Shown: positions 1-9,709, counted from the stretch's first letter. The stretch: 60,134 nt of DNA from Odoribacter splanchnicus (GCA_963623435.1 CAVFMG010000001.1:1-60134); one strand, 5' to 3'. Numbers and translations are program-made. Notes: generated by a model from the sequence alone, not told the origin.

Positions 1-65
1 TACTGAACGGTACGCACGGTGGTGTGAGAGGTCGGGGGACTATTCAAATCCCCCTCCTACTCGAT
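1..65 (+). mobile_element. 3' end (domains V-VI) of a group II intron, probably class C; rest lies upstream of the window
   Basis: ..TACTGAACGGTACGCACGGTGGTGTGAGAGGTCGGGGGA-ctattcaaa-TCCCCCTCCTACTCGAT matches the typical IIC DV 3' half, the DVI hairpin with bulged A and the terminal AT. Confidence 0.85.
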
Positions 66-182
66 TGCCTTTTAAGTGCATTTATAAGAATAGAACCTAT
101 CTATGACTATTGCCTGAGGAATTATGGTATGCTAAAATAATTCGTCGAGAACATGTAATGAACGAAAGAGATCAAATTACAA

Positions 183-881
183 ATGGAAAACAAGGTAAAA
201 GAATTACGTTATGCAATCGTACAGTCCGTACCGGTAATGCTGGGATACCTTTTTCTGGGATTCGCTTTTGGATTGATGTTAAATGATGCCGGTTATGGAT
301 TCTGGTGGGCTTTTTTTATCAGCCTGTTTGTCTATGCGGGCAGTATGCAGTTCGTGCTGGTTACGCTTCTGACAGCGGGAGCAAGTCTGTGGTATACGTT
401 AGTCATGACGCTGTTTGTCAACGGCAGACACATGTTTTACGGGCTTTCTTTTGTGGAAAAATTCAAGAAAATGGGTGTGACTTATCCATATATGATATTC
501 TCGCTTACGGATGAGACCTTTTCTCTGTTATGTGATCTGAAAGTTCCGGAGGGAATGAGCGAGGAACGGGTCAGCTTCTATATATCTATTCTGGATCAGG
601 GCTACTGGATCCTGGGAAGCTGCGTGGGAGCGCTGGCAGGAAGTGTGCTGCCGATCAATACTACGGGAATTGATTTTTCCATGACAGCGCTATTTACAGT
701 TATCGTAGTCAATCAGTGGATGGATACGAAAGAACATAAACCGGCGATCATCGGAGGCGTGGTCGGAGTAATATGTCTGATTTTGCTGGGGGCGGATGCC
801 TTTTTGCTGCCGGCATTGACGACTACAGCAATTATTTTATTAGGAGTTAAGAAAAAATGTTATATTCCATCGGAATCATAG
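183..881 (+). CDS. azlC: AzlC family branched-chain amino acid exporter
   Basis: PVMLGYLFLGFAFG, YAGSMQF, NGRHMFYG and LTDETF motifs; hydrophobic. Confidence 0.92.
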   Translation: MENKVKELRYAIVQSVPVMLGYLFLGFAFGLMLNDAGYGFWWAFFISLFVYAGSMQFVLVTLLTAGASLWYTLVMTLFVNGRHMFYGLSFVEKFKKMGVTYPYMIFSLTDETFSLLCDLKVPEGMSEERVSFYISILDQGYWILGSCVGALAGSVLPINTTGIDFSMTALFTVIVVNQWMDTKEHKPAIIGGVVGVICLILLGADAFLLPALTTTAIILLGVKKKCYIPSES

Positions 882-1177
882 CAGTTGCAGCTGTTGTTAC
901 TTTATTTATAAGAGCGATACCTTTTGTACTGTTCGGAGGGAAGAGAGAAGTTCCGGGGACCGTGACCTACCTGGGAAAAGTACTTCCACCGGCGATTATG
1001 GTTATTCTCGTTGTATACTGTGTGAAGGGTATTGATTTATTTACCGGCAATCATGGAATTCCGGAGCTAGTGTCTGTCGCAGTGGTTGCGGGACTCCATA
1101 TCTGGAAGCGGAATACTTTGTTGAGCATAGCTGCCGGAACAATCCTATACATGATATTAGTGCAAGTAGTATTCTAA
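857..1177 (+). CDS. azlD: AzlD family transporter small subunit
   Basis: RAIPF..YLGKVLPPAIM..LVVYC..RNTLLSI; overlaps azlC. Confidence 0.9.
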   Translation: MLYSIGIIAVAAVVTLFIRAIPFVLFGGKREVPGTVTYLGKVLPPAIMVILVVYCVKGIDLFTGNHGIPELVSVAVVAGLHIWKRNTLLSIAAGTILYMILVQVVF

Positions 1178-1261
1178 ATCAGTGTGAAAGGGCAATTTTT
1201 CGCCCTTTTCACACTATTTTTTTATAAAATTAAATGCTATAATGAGCGCAATAGGAATAGT

Positions 1262-2872
1262 ATGAGGGAGAAACATAAGATAAAAATGGAAAACGAAAAC
1301 AGGGATATAACCAAAGAAACCAAAGAAGAAAAAGAGGAAAATAAAGAATCGACAAAAGAAGAAACCAAACAGGAAGTAAAAGAAGAAGTAAAAGAAGAAG
1401 TAAAAGAAGAAGCAAAAGAAGAAGCAAAAGAAGAAGCAAAAGAAACCAAGGAAGAGTCCAAGGAGAAACCGAAGAAAAGTAAGAAAGGTCTCTGGATCGG
1501 ACTTGGAATCTTAGTAGTACTCCTGATCGCTTACGGAGTTGGAGCTTTTTACTATCATTCCCATTTTCTGTATCAGACATCGGTAAATGATATGGATTGC
1601 AGTAATCTGACGGCAGACGAAGTGGCAGCAATCATGGACAGCCAGTCACAGCAGTATAGCCTGCAGATATTCGGAAGAGATGAAAATGGCGTACAGGAAG
1701 AGATTGGAACGGTGACGGCACCGGAGATCGGAATGAGCTGGGTGGACACACAGGGAGTAGCGCAGGAGCTTTTGAACAGACAGAATGAATTCCTGTGGAT
1801 CGAGATGCTGTGGAGTACACAGAATTATGATGTGGTCCGGGGAGTAGCCTACGACGCGGACAAATTACAGGAACAGCTGGCACAGATGCCGGCGCTGCAG
1901 AAGAAAAATATGATCCAGCCGGAAGATGCCTATATCAGTGACTATTCCGAAAAGACGAAGAACTATGAGATCGTTCCGGAGACACTGGGAACGACATTGG
2001 ATATGAACCAGGTAGAGGATGTGGTATCTGCAGCGATTATGGCGGGAGATGCCACCGTAGATTTGGAAGAGCAGGGATGCTATGCGACCGCGAAAGTAAC
2101 GGCAGAGGATACCGCACTGGTAAAAGCCTGCGACACCATGAATAAATGGGTCAGTGCGCAGATCACCTATGACTGGAACGGAAATAAGGTCGTTGTAGAC
2201 GGAGATACCATTCATGAATGGATCCAGGCGGATGACAAGGATCCACAGTTAGATGAGGAAGCTATTGCAGAATTTGTAGCAGAACAGGCAAAAGAGTACG
2301 ATACCTACGGTAAGAAGAGAAAATTCACCACAGTTCAGGGAATCGAACTGAATCTGCCCAGCGGAGCATACGGTTGGAAGACAGATCGTGACGAAGAGAC
2401 CAAAGAACTGACGGCTTCTATTGAAAAGGGAGAAACTGTTGACAAGGAGCCTGTATACAGCAGTAAGGGTGCCCAAAAGGGAAGCAATGACATCGGTAAT
2501 TCCTATGTGGAGATCGATCTGACGAACCAGCATCTGTATCTATTCAAGGACGGCAATATCGTACTGGAGACAGATTTCGTATCCGGTAATATGAGCAAAG
2601 CCGGCTGTATGACACCTCCCGGTGTATTCGGACTGACTTATAAGACAAAAAATGCGGTATTACGTGGTGCAGATTATGAGACTCCGGTAAATTACTGGAT
2701 GCCTTTTAACGGAAATGTCGGAATGCATGACGCTACCTGGAGAAGAAGCTTCGGAGGTACAATCTATCTGACATCCGGATCCCACGGTTGTATTAATCTG
2801 CCTTTACATATGGCAGCATCCATTTATGAGTATGTATCCACCGGATTCCCGGTAGTATGCTATTATTATTGA
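1262..2872 (+). CDS. Membrane-anchored L,D-transpeptidase (YkuD domain) with peptidoglycan-binding region; start at 1262 or 1286
   Basis: N-terminal charged repeats, one TM helix, C-terminal EIDLTNQHL..TPPG..GMHDA..GSHGCINL catalytic motif. Confidence 0.9.
   Translation: MREKHKIKMENENRDITKETKEEKEENKESTKEETKQEVKEEVKEEVKEEAKEEAKEEAKETKEESKEKPKKSKKGLWIGLGILVVLLIAYGVGAFYYHSHFLYQTSVNDMDCSNLTADEVAAIMDSQSQQYSLQIFGRDENGVQEEIGTVTAPEIGMSWVDTQGVAQELLNRQNEFLWIEMLWSTQNYDVVRGVAYDADKLQEQLAQMPALQKKNMIQPEDAYISDYSEKTKNYEIVPETLGTTLDMNQVEDVVSAAIMAGDATVDLEEQGCYATAKVTAEDTALVKACDTMNKWVSAQITYDWNGNKVVVDGDTIHEWIQADDKDPQLDEEAIAEFVAEQAKEYDTYGKKRKFTTVQGIELNLPSGAYGWKTDRDEETKELTASIEKGETVDKEPVYSSKGAQKGSNDIGNSYVEIDLTNQHLYLFKDGNIVLETDFVSGNMSKAGCMTPPGVFGLTYKTKNAVLRGADYETPVNYWMPFNGNVGMHDATWRRSFGGTIYLTSGSHGCINLPLHMAASIYEYVSTGFPVVCYYY
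1368..1452 (+). repeat. 12-bp coding tandem repeat (AAAGAAGAAGYA; KEEV/KEEA)
   Basis: About 6 consecutive copies in the L,D-transpeptidase N-terminus. Confidence 0.85.
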
Positions 2873-2913
2873 TTCTTTACTGAAGAGGGGACATTTGGAA
2901 GGAAGGCGACCCT

Positions 2914-3483
2914 ATGAAACAGCGTTCGGCAAAGAAGATAAAGAAGTGGAAAGAAAGATTTGAAAGAGAACGACAGTTAAGACAGGAGATCCGGGAAGCA
3001 GCCCCGGATATTCTGTGTTCTAAGAATTTCCGATCCACCAGATCCCATGTGCAGCATGGAAATATGACAGTAAATGATCACAGTATGAATGTGGCGAAAT
3101 ACAGCCTTGCCATCAGTGAGAAGTTGCACATTCCCTGCGAAAAAAGAGAGCTGATCCGCGGGGCATTGTTGCATGATTATTTTCTATATGACTGGCATAT
3201 GCCGGATCATGTCAGCCCTCATAAACTTCATGGATTTTATCATCCCGGAAGGGCGCTTAAGAATGCGCAGAAGGAATATCAGCTGACACCCAGAGAGAGA
3301 GACATTATCAAAAAACATATGTGGCCTCTGACGATCTCCGCCATGCCCATGTGCAGGGAGGCATGGATCGTTACCATGGCGGACAAATGGTGCTCTCTCA
3401 TGGAGACTTTCCATATCCATAAGGGACACGGAGCCCTGATCGAGAAACTTCGAGAGGCTAGAGAAGAGCAGGAGAAAAAATAA
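2914..3483 (+). CDS. HD-domain phosphohydrolase
   Basis: H..S, GALLHDYFLYDW, HG..HP, KHMWP and ADK motifs. Confidence 0.85.
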   Translation: MKQRSAKKIKKWKERFERERQLRQEIREAAPDILCSKNFRSTRSHVQHGNMTVNDHSMNVAKYSLAISEKLHIPCEKRELIRGALLHDYFLYDWHMPDHVSPHKLHGFYHPGRALKNAQKEYQLTPRERDIIKKHMWPLTISAMPMCREAWIVTMADKWCSLMETFHIHKGHGALIEKLREAREEQEKK

Positions 3484-4914
3484 GTGGGCGAATTGTACCG
3501 GAGACTGAAAGCATATAGTGAAACGGATTATTACCCCTATCATATGCCGGGACATAAAAGGCAGGTTTACGGCGAACTGCCGCCGGAGATCATGAATGTT
3601 GATATCACGGAGATCGACGGGTTCGATAATCTCCATGCACCGGAAGAAATCCTGAAAAAATTACAGGAGGAAGCAGCGAAACTGTACGGTGCGGAGGAAA
3701 GCTTCTATCTGGTAAACGGCAGTACCGGCGGGATCCTGGCGGCAATCAGTGCCGCGGTACCGCAGGGCGGACGGATCCTCATGACCAGAGGAGCCCATAA
3801 ATCCGCATATCATGCAGTGTATCTGAGAAATTTAACGGTATCTTATCTGTATCCGGAGATGATGAAGGAGTATGATATTTATGATGCGGTAACTCCGGAG
3901 CAGATTGCCGGGGCGTTAGGAAGCGGCTCTCTTCCGGATGCGGTGTTTTTGGTATCTCCGACATATGAAGGCAGAATTGCGGACATAGAGAAGATCGCGC
4001 AGATCGTGCATGAAAAGGGAATCCCTTTAATCGTAGATGAGGCGCACGGTGCCCATCTGGGGCTGGCGGAAGGATTTGCGAAGAACAGCTGTCAGTGTGG
4101 GGCGGATCTGGTCATCCACAGTGTGCATAAGACGTTACCGGCGCTGACGCAGAGTGCACTGCTTCACGTGAACGGCGATCGGATCGATAGAGACCTGTTG
4201 CGCAGATTTTTACATATTTATCAGTCCAGCAGCCCATCCTATGTTTTAATGGCAGGAATTGACAACGCACTTCAGATGGTAAAGGAGCAGGGTGATTATC
4301 TGTTTACACGGTTCCAGGTAAATTATCTGAGAATGCTGACAGAACTGTCAGAATGTAGGAATTTTACATTTTTACCACTGGATTCCAGGCAGGATATCGG
4401 GAAGCTGATCATAGTATCTGCAAAGGCAGGTTTGTCAGGACAGCAGATTTATGATATTCTATTAGAGAAATATCATTTGCAGCTGGAGATGGCAGCACCG
4501 GGATATTGTCTTGCGATGTTCACCATAGGAGACGGGGAAGAAGCGTATCGGAGAATGACGGAAGCACTGCTTGCCATCGACCGCGATATTACTGCGGGAA
4601 AATGGCAGAGCAAGCAGAAGCAGGAAGGCAGAGAAGAGGAGGAACTCTCTCTTTACCAGCTGCATCCCGAAGTGCGGATGTCCCTTGCACAGGCATGGAA
4701 TGCTGAAAAAGAAGAGATTCCGCTGTCACAGGCAGCAGGAAGGATCGCCGGAGACTTTGTGAATCTGTATCCGCCCGGAATTCCCATATTGGTGCCGGGA
4801 GAGCAGATCGAGACAACGCATTGCAGCCAGCTGGCAAAATACCGGGAGGACGACCTGAATGTTCAGGGAGTGACAGGAGATGCCGAGTATTGCATTACCG
4901 TATTAATAAAATAA
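3484..4914 (+). CDS. PLP-dependent Arg/Lys/Orn decarboxylase family protein (YaaO-like)
   Basis: HMPGHK, DITEI, VNGST, DEAHGAH, SVHKTL and YPPGIP motifs. Confidence 0.9.
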   Translation: MGELYRRLKAYSETDYYPYHMPGHKRQVYGELPPEIMNVDITEIDGFDNLHAPEEILKKLQEEAAKLYGAEESFYLVNGSTGGILAAISAAVPQGGRILMTRGAHKSAYHAVYLRNLTVSYLYPEMMKEYDIYDAVTPEQIAGALGSGSLPDAVFLVSPTYEGRIADIEKIAQIVHEKGIPLIVDEAHGAHLGLAEGFAKNSCQCGADLVIHSVHKTLPALTQSALLHVNGDRIDRDLLRRFLHIYQSSSPSYVLMAGIDNALQMVKEQGDYLFTRFQVNYLRMLTELSECRNFTFLPLDSRQDIGKLIIVSAKAGLSGQQIYDILLEKYHLQLEMAAPGYCLAMFTIGDGEEAYRRMTEALLAIDRDITAGKWQSKQKQEGREEEELSLYQLHPEVRMSLAQAWNAEKEEIPLSQAAGRIAGDFVNLYPPGIPILVPGEQIETTHCSQLAKYREDDLNVQGVTGDAEYCITVLIK

Positions 4915-4941
4915 ATAAACAACAGAAAGGATTTAGCTTGT

Positions 4942-6363
4942 ATGAGAAAAACCAAAATTATCTGTACCATCGGTCCCGCCAGTGAGAGTGAGGAAAAATT
5001 AAGAGAGCTGATGCTCGCCGGAATGAACGTGGCACGTTTTAACTTTTCCCACGGAAGCCATAAGGAGCAGCTGGTAAAATACAACAGAGTACTGAAAGTA
5101 CGTAAGGAACTGGGATTGCCGGTAGCAACTCTGTTAGATACCAAGGGACCTGAGATCCGTCTGCGGGACTTTGAAGGCGGTAAGGTAGAGCTGGTATCCG
5201 GACAGCAGTTTATCCTGACTACGGAAGAGATTATGGGAACCTCCCAGAAAGCTACGATTTCTTATAAAAATCTGAAAAACGATATTAAGGTCGGAACAAC
5301 AATTCTCATTGATGACGGTCTGATCGAGATGACGGTAGAAGAGATCAAGGGAGAGGACATTGTCTGCAGAGTAATAAACGGTGGATTTGTATCCAATCAT
5401 AAAGGCGTGAATGTACCCGGAGCCATTCTGTCCATGCCTTATATCAGTGAAGTGGACCTGGCGGATATTATCTTCGGTGTAGAGCACGGATTTGATTTTA
5501 TCGCGGCTTCCTTTGTCAGAACCAAGGAAGATATTCAGGAAGTACGTAAGATCGTAGAGGATAGAGGCAGCAAGATCAAGATTATTGCTAAGATTGAGAA
5601 CATGCAGGGTATTCAGAACCTGGAAGATATTATTACTGCAGCAGACGGTATCATGGTAGCCCGTGGTGATATGGGTGTTGAGATTCCTCTGGAAGAGGTA
5701 CCAATCCTGCAGAAGAAAATGATCAAGATGGCAGTAGCACAAGGCAAGCACGTAATCACCGCTACCCAGATGCTGGAGTCCATGATCAAAAATCCCCGAC
5801 CCACCAGAGCAGAGGCAACGGATATTGCAAATGCAATTTATGACGGAACCACAGCTATCATGCTGTCCGGAGAGAGTGCAGCCGGATTGTATCCCGTAGA
5901 GGCAGTTAAGACTATGAGCCGCATTGCTGAGAGAGCGGAGCGGGATATTGATTACCGCGGAAGAATGCAGAAAGTTAAGGAAGACAGACAGGAGACTCCT
6001 GATATTACTACGGCAATCTCTTATGCAACCTGCAGTGTAGCTTCCGATCTGAAGGCAGCAGCCATCATCACCGTAACCATGTCCGGATTTACCGCGAATA
6101 TGATCGCACGTTACAAACCTGGCTGTCAGATTATTGGTTGTACTCCGGATGAAAAAGTATACCGCCAGTTAAATCTTCTGTGGGGACTTAATCCTGTGAT
6201 GATTCGGACAGAGCAGACTACGGATGCTTTGTTTGAGGAAGCAGTATTTAAGGCAAAACAGGCAGGCTTGGTAAAGACCGGTGACACAGTTGTCATTACC
6301 GCAGGAGTACCTTTGGGCGTGGTAGGTAAGACCGACATGATCCATGTGGTAGAAGTAGAATAA
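4942..6363 (+). CDS. pyk: Pyruvate kinase
   Basis: RKTKIICTIGPAS, RFNFSHG, DTKGPEIR, IMVARGDMGVE, TATQMLESM. Confidence 0.98.
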   Translation: MRKTKIICTIGPASESEEKLRELMLAGMNVARFNFSHGSHKEQLVKYNRVLKVRKELGLPVATLLDTKGPEIRLRDFEGGKVELVSGQQFILTTEEIMGTSQKATISYKNLKNDIKVGTTILIDDGLIEMTVEEIKGEDIVCRVINGGFVSNHKGVNVPGAILSMPYISEVDLADIIFGVEHGFDFIAASFVRTKEDIQEVRKIVEDRGSKIKIIAKIENMQGIQNLEDIITAADGIMVARGDMGVEIPLEEVPILQKKMIKMAVAQGKHVITATQMLESMIKNPRPTRAEATDIANAIYDGTTAIMLSGESAAGLYPVEAVKTMSRIAERAERDIDYRGRMQKVKEDRQETPDITTAISYATCSVASDLKAAAIITVTMSGFTANMIARYKPGCQIIGCTPDEKVYRQLNLLWGLNPVMIRTEQTTDALFEEAVFKAKQAGLVKTGDTVVITAGVPLGVVGKTDMIHVVEVE

Positions 6364-6424
6364 ATCGAACTGTATGGGCATGGAGCTGTGCCTGAGGCAG
6401 GAACGGGAAAACGAGAATACAGAT

Positions 6425-7015
6425 ATGGGAAAAATCGTATATCTCATGGGGAAAAGTTCCTCAGGGAAAGATACTATTTTTAAAGAACTAATGAAGGAAG
6501 GCACGATGGATCTTAGGACTATCGTGCCTTACACGACAAGACCGATCCGTGCGGGAGAAGAGAACGGCGTAGAATATTTTTTCACGGATGAAGCCGGTTT
6601 TTTGGCACTAAAGGATCAGGGAAAAGTCATTGAGGATAGAGCTTATGATACCGTCTATGGTATCTGGCGGTATTTTACGGTGGATGACGGACAGATCGAT
6701 TTACCTACTCAGAATTATCTCATGATCGGAACGTTGGAAGCTTATGAGAAAATGATTGCTTATTTCGGCGCAGAGGCGATTCTGCCGGTCTATATCGAAC
6801 TGGATGACGGCGTGCGCTTACAGCGTGCACTGGATAGAGAACTCAGGCAGGAGAAACCGAAATACGAGGAAATGTGTCGGAGATTTTTAGCGGACAGCGC
6901 GGATTTCTCGGAAGAGAAGCTGGCGGCAGCAGGCATTCAGGAACGTTTTGAGAATACAGATCTCACGAAATGTCTGAAAGATATTACAAAGTACTTAAAG
7001 GAAGCTGGTATATAG
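6425..7015 (+). CDS. gmk: Guanylate kinase family protein
   Basis: P-loop GKSSSGKDT; YTTRPIRAGEENGVEYFF. Confidence 0.8.
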   Translation: MGKIVYLMGKSSSGKDTIFKELMKEGTMDLRTIVPYTTRPIRAGEENGVEYFFTDEAGFLALKDQGKVIEDRAYDTVYGIWRYFTVDDGQIDLPTQNYLMIGTLEAYEKMIAYFGAEAILPVYIELDDGVRLQRALDRELRQEKPKYEEMCRRFLADSADFSEEKLAAAGIQERFENTDLTKCLKDITKYLKEAGI

Positions 7016-7113
7016 CCGAAATAGTGATAACAGGGAATAAAAATTCTGAGTTACAGATTTGGCACGGAAAATAGTCAGTAATAGACAGAAATCATAGGAA
7101 AAGAGGTGGGCGT

Positions 7114-7554
7114 ATGGAAATGAGAGTCAATCAGATACAGCAGCCGGCTCCGGTGGAGCAGGCACAGAATACCGCGCCCACGGATGGTAGTTTCAAATTC
7201 ATGCTGGCGAGCCATGTGGAAGAGGCAGAGCTCCAGGAGCGGCTGACGAACCTGATGGCGGAGATCACCACAGAGGGCGAGAAACTGGCGAAGCGCCGGG
7301 ATGTGAAAGACATGCGTCACTACCGGGGACTGGTGAAGGAATTCCTGAACGAAGTGGTGACGAGATCCCATTCTTTTTCCAGAGAGAATTTCCTGGATCG
7401 GAGAGGACGGCACCGCGTGTACGGCATTATCCGGCTTGTGGATGAGAATCTGGACCAGCTGGCGCAGGAACTAATGAAGGATGAAAAGGACAACCTGGCG
7501 ATTCTGAACAAGATTGGAGAGATCAGAGGGCTGTTGCTGGATATTTTCACATAA
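7114..7554 (+). CDS. yaaR: YaaR (DUF327) family protein
   Basis: [21 protein letters not shown] signature; position before holB. Confidence 0.88.
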   Translation: MEMRVNQIQQPAPVEQAQNTAPTDGSFKFMLASHVEEAELQERLTNLMAEITTEGEKLAKRRDVKDMRHYRGLVKEFLNEVVTRSHSFSRENFLDRRGRHRVYGIIRLVDENLDQLAQELMKDEKDNLAILNKIGEIRGLLLDIFT

Positions 7555-7683
7555 TTGTCTATTAGAACCATGTAAATGAAAATAAAGGAAATGCTTGCAT
7601 GATTCGCTTGCATGATTCGAAAGAAGGCATTACGATAAAGACAGAATCAAGAAAATGATAAGATACAGACAGGGGGAATACCA

Positions 7684-8676
7684 ATGGCTACATTTCATGA
7701 CATTATCGGTCAGGAACAGATTAAGGAGCATTTACAGAATGCCATTTCGGCGAAAAAGATTTCCCATGCATATATTATCAACGGCGAAAAATCTTCCGGT
7801 AAGGAATTTATCGCCCGTGTATTTGCCATGACCCTGCAATGTGAAAAAGGCGGAACGGAGCCCTGTCAGGAATGCCATTCCTGTAAGCAGACATTGTCCG
7901 ATAATCAGCCCGATATCATCTATGTTAGTCATGAGAAGCCGAATACCATCAGCGTAGACGATATTCGTGCGCAGATCAATAACGATATTGCCATCAAGCC
8001 CTACAGCAGTCCTTATAAGATCTATATTATGAATGAGGCGGAGAAGATGACGCCCCAGGCGCAGAATGCGATCCTGAAAACGCTGGAGGAGCCGCCCGAG
8101 TACGCAGTGATCATGCTGTTAACTTCCAACGTGAATTCTCTGCTGCCGACGATTCTCAGCCGTTGTGTGGTACTGAACATGAAGCCGGTAGCGGACGATC
8201 TGGTGCGGAATTACCTCATGCATCAGCTGCAGGTGCCGGATTATAAAGCGGAGGTCTGCGTGGCATTTGCCCGTGGTAATATCGGCAAGGCAAAATCCCT
8301 GGCTTCCAGCGAAGATTTCGATAATATTAAAAACGAAGCATTGTCGTTATTAAAATATATTCAGGATATGGATCTCAGTGAGATCACCGCAGCGATCAAG
8401 AAGATCACGGAATATAAGCTGCAGATCAATGATTATCTGGACCTGATTGCGATCTGGTACCGGGATGTGCTCCTGTTCAAGGCAACCAGCGATGTGAACC
8501 ATCTTGTCTTCCGGGATGAGATCAGTGCCATCCGTCGCGTGGCACAGCGCAGCAGCTATGAAGGAATCGAGGAAGTTATCGAAGCCCTGGATAAGGCGAA
8601 GAGACGCCTGGATGCGAATGTTAATTTTGATCTGACCATGGAACTTCTGATGCTGGAGATCAAGGAGAACGGTTAA
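7684..8676 (+). CDS. holB: DNA polymerase III delta' subunit
   Basis: SHAYI, Zn motif C..PCQECHSC, AQNAILKTLEEPP, LLPTILSRC. Confidence 0.95.
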   Translation: MATFHDIIGQEQIKEHLQNAISAKKISHAYIINGEKSSGKEFIARVFAMTLQCEKGGTEPCQECHSCKQTLSDNQPDIIYVSHEKPNTISVDDIRAQINNDIAIKPYSSPYKIYIMNEAEKMTPQAQNAILKTLEEPPEYAVIMLLTSNVNSLLPTILSRCVVLNMKPVADDLVRNYLMHQLQVPDYKAEVCVAFARGNIGKAKSLASSEDFDNIKNEALSLLKYIQDMDLSEITAAIKKITEYKLQINDYLDLIAIWYRDVLLFKATSDVNHLVFRDEISAIRRVAQRSSYEGIEEVIEALDKAKRRLDANVNFDLTMELLMLEIKENG

Positions 8677-8680
8677 GACA

Positions 8681-8723
8681 GAAAATTTCTTATCCCATTC
8701 GTTATATATAACAGAAGCAATTC
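8681..8723 (+). promoter_or_regulatory. Repeated island motif copy 1 (GAAAA-N14-CGTTATATATAACAGAAGCAATTC), putative alternative-sigma promoter
   Basis: Same bipartite motif at 9067, 11845 and 15576; lies before the RBS of ORF 8757. Confidence 0.65.
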
Positions 8724-8756
8724 ACAATATAACAGAATGACAAGGAGGAAGGAATT

Positions 8757-9014
8757 ATGGCTTATTGGAATGACAGTGTAATGGAAAATGGTGTAGAGGT
8801 ACATTATAGCTCAGACTGTGAGTTATATCATCTCACAAATTCCGAAACCGGTGAGTATGACGCTAAGATCGATGTTTATCCCGGTCATATCGAGGATTAT
8901 TCCTCGGAAAACAGTTACTGGGATAAGCATGACCATTATCATACGGACAGTTCGGGGAACAGATCAGAAGTACATGGCATGGAGGAAAGAAACTGGGATA
9001 CCAGGCAAAATTAA
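8757..9014 (+). CDS. Hypothetical acidic His/Tyr-rich 85-aa protein
   Basis: Strong RBS AAGGAGG, upstream motif and own terminator. Confidence 0.75.
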   Translation: MAYWNDSVMENGVEVHYSSDCELYHLTNSETGEYDAKIDVYPGHIEDYSSENSYWDKHDHYHTDSSGNRSEVHGMEERNWDTRQN

Positions 9015-9022
9015 TTGTTGGA

Positions 9023-9056
9023 AAGGATCTGACAGAAATGTCAGATCTTTTTTTTA
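9023..9056 (+). terminator. Intrinsic terminator
   Basis: AAGGATCTGACA-gaaa-TGTCAGATCTTT followed by a T-run. Confidence 0.85.
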
Positions 9057-9066
9057 CGCGTTTTCC

Positions 9067-9103
9067 GAAAAATATTCCGTAGATTCGTTATATATCATAG
9101 AAG
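9067..9103 (+). promoter_or_regulatory. Repeated island motif copy 2 (GAAAAATATTCCGTAGATTCGTTATATATC), pointing antisense into the XRE gene
   Basis: Same 19-nt G-to-CG spacing as the other copies. Confidence 0.5.
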
Positions 9104-9112
9104 ATGAAAAAA

Positions 9113-9430
9113 TTATTTTTCTGTCAGGTACCTGATGAAAGAAGAAACAGCGTGAACCTGTTCATCGTTCAGGGAATCGATGGATTCCAGAACCTGTTTT
9201 CTTGCCAGAGAGATGCCTTGATTAGAAAAGATTTCACCCTGACCGTTTTCCAGCCAGTCTTTATTCACATGAAAGACGTTTTCAATCAGCAGCAGGATCC
9301 GGTCGGGCGGGGTTGCCTTGCCGTGCATTATTTTTGAAAAGTAGCCGGGATCAAGATTTATTTTCATGGCAAACTGACGCTGGGAAATATGTAATTCATC
9401 CAAAAGGATTTTTAATCGTTCACTGATCAT
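9113..9430 (-). CDS. XRE-family HTH transcriptional regulator
   Basis: ERLKIL..ISQRQFAMKINLDPGYFSKI..G..VNKDWLENGQGEIF. Confidence 0.92.
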   Translation of the reverse strand: MISERLKILLDELHISQRQFAMKINLDPGYFSKIMHGKATPPDRILLLIENVFHVNKDWLENGQGEIFSNQGISLARKQVLESIDSLNDEQVHAVSSFIRYLTEK

Positions 9431-9451
9431 GATGCTTACCTCACTGGTGAA

Positions 9452-9543
9452 AGCATATCAAAAAATGTTGCCTATGTCAACACGACGAAAGAAGCACACC
9501 TTGACAAATTGCCATAAGCAATCTATATTATTGCTATAAACAA
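9452..9543. promoter_or_regulatory. Divergent sigmaA promoters with three TTGC-N6-CAA operators
   Basis: Minus strand: TTGACA(9480-9475)-17-TATGCT. Plus strand: TTGACA(9501)-17-TATATT. Operators TTGCCTATGTCAA 9468-9480, TTGCCATAAGCAA 9509-9521, TTGCTATAAACAA 9531-9543. Confidence 0.8.
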
Positions 9544-9559
9544 TACGAAAGAGGGGGAA

Positions 9560-9709
9560 ATGATGACAGAAGCACAACAGGCTTTAATAGAGGATATTGA
9601 GAAGATCAAAGACGATGCCACGATTGAAAAAGTGCGGATTTTCATCATGGGTATTTTGGCACAGCAGAGCATATCGGAAAATCAGTGCAATCCGCAGGGC
9701 GAAAAATAA
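9560..9709 (+). CDS. 49-aa small protein (not in ORF track), resembling the XRE C-terminal helix pair
   Basis: RBS GAGGGGG; MMTEAQQALIEDIEKIKDDATIEKVRIFIMGILAQQSISENQCNPQGEK; first ORF after the promoter. Confidence 0.7.
   Translation: MMTEAQQALIEDIEKIKDDATIEKVRIFIMGILAQQSISENQCNPQGEK

Noticed and set aside
7593..7618. 13-bp tandem duplication GCTTGCATGATTC x2 upstream of holB
   Set aside because: Only two copies; most simply a slippage duplication with no supporting function
9104..9337. 77-aa plus-strand ORF after motif copy 2
   Set aside because: Lies antisense over the XRE gene and has no convincing RBS
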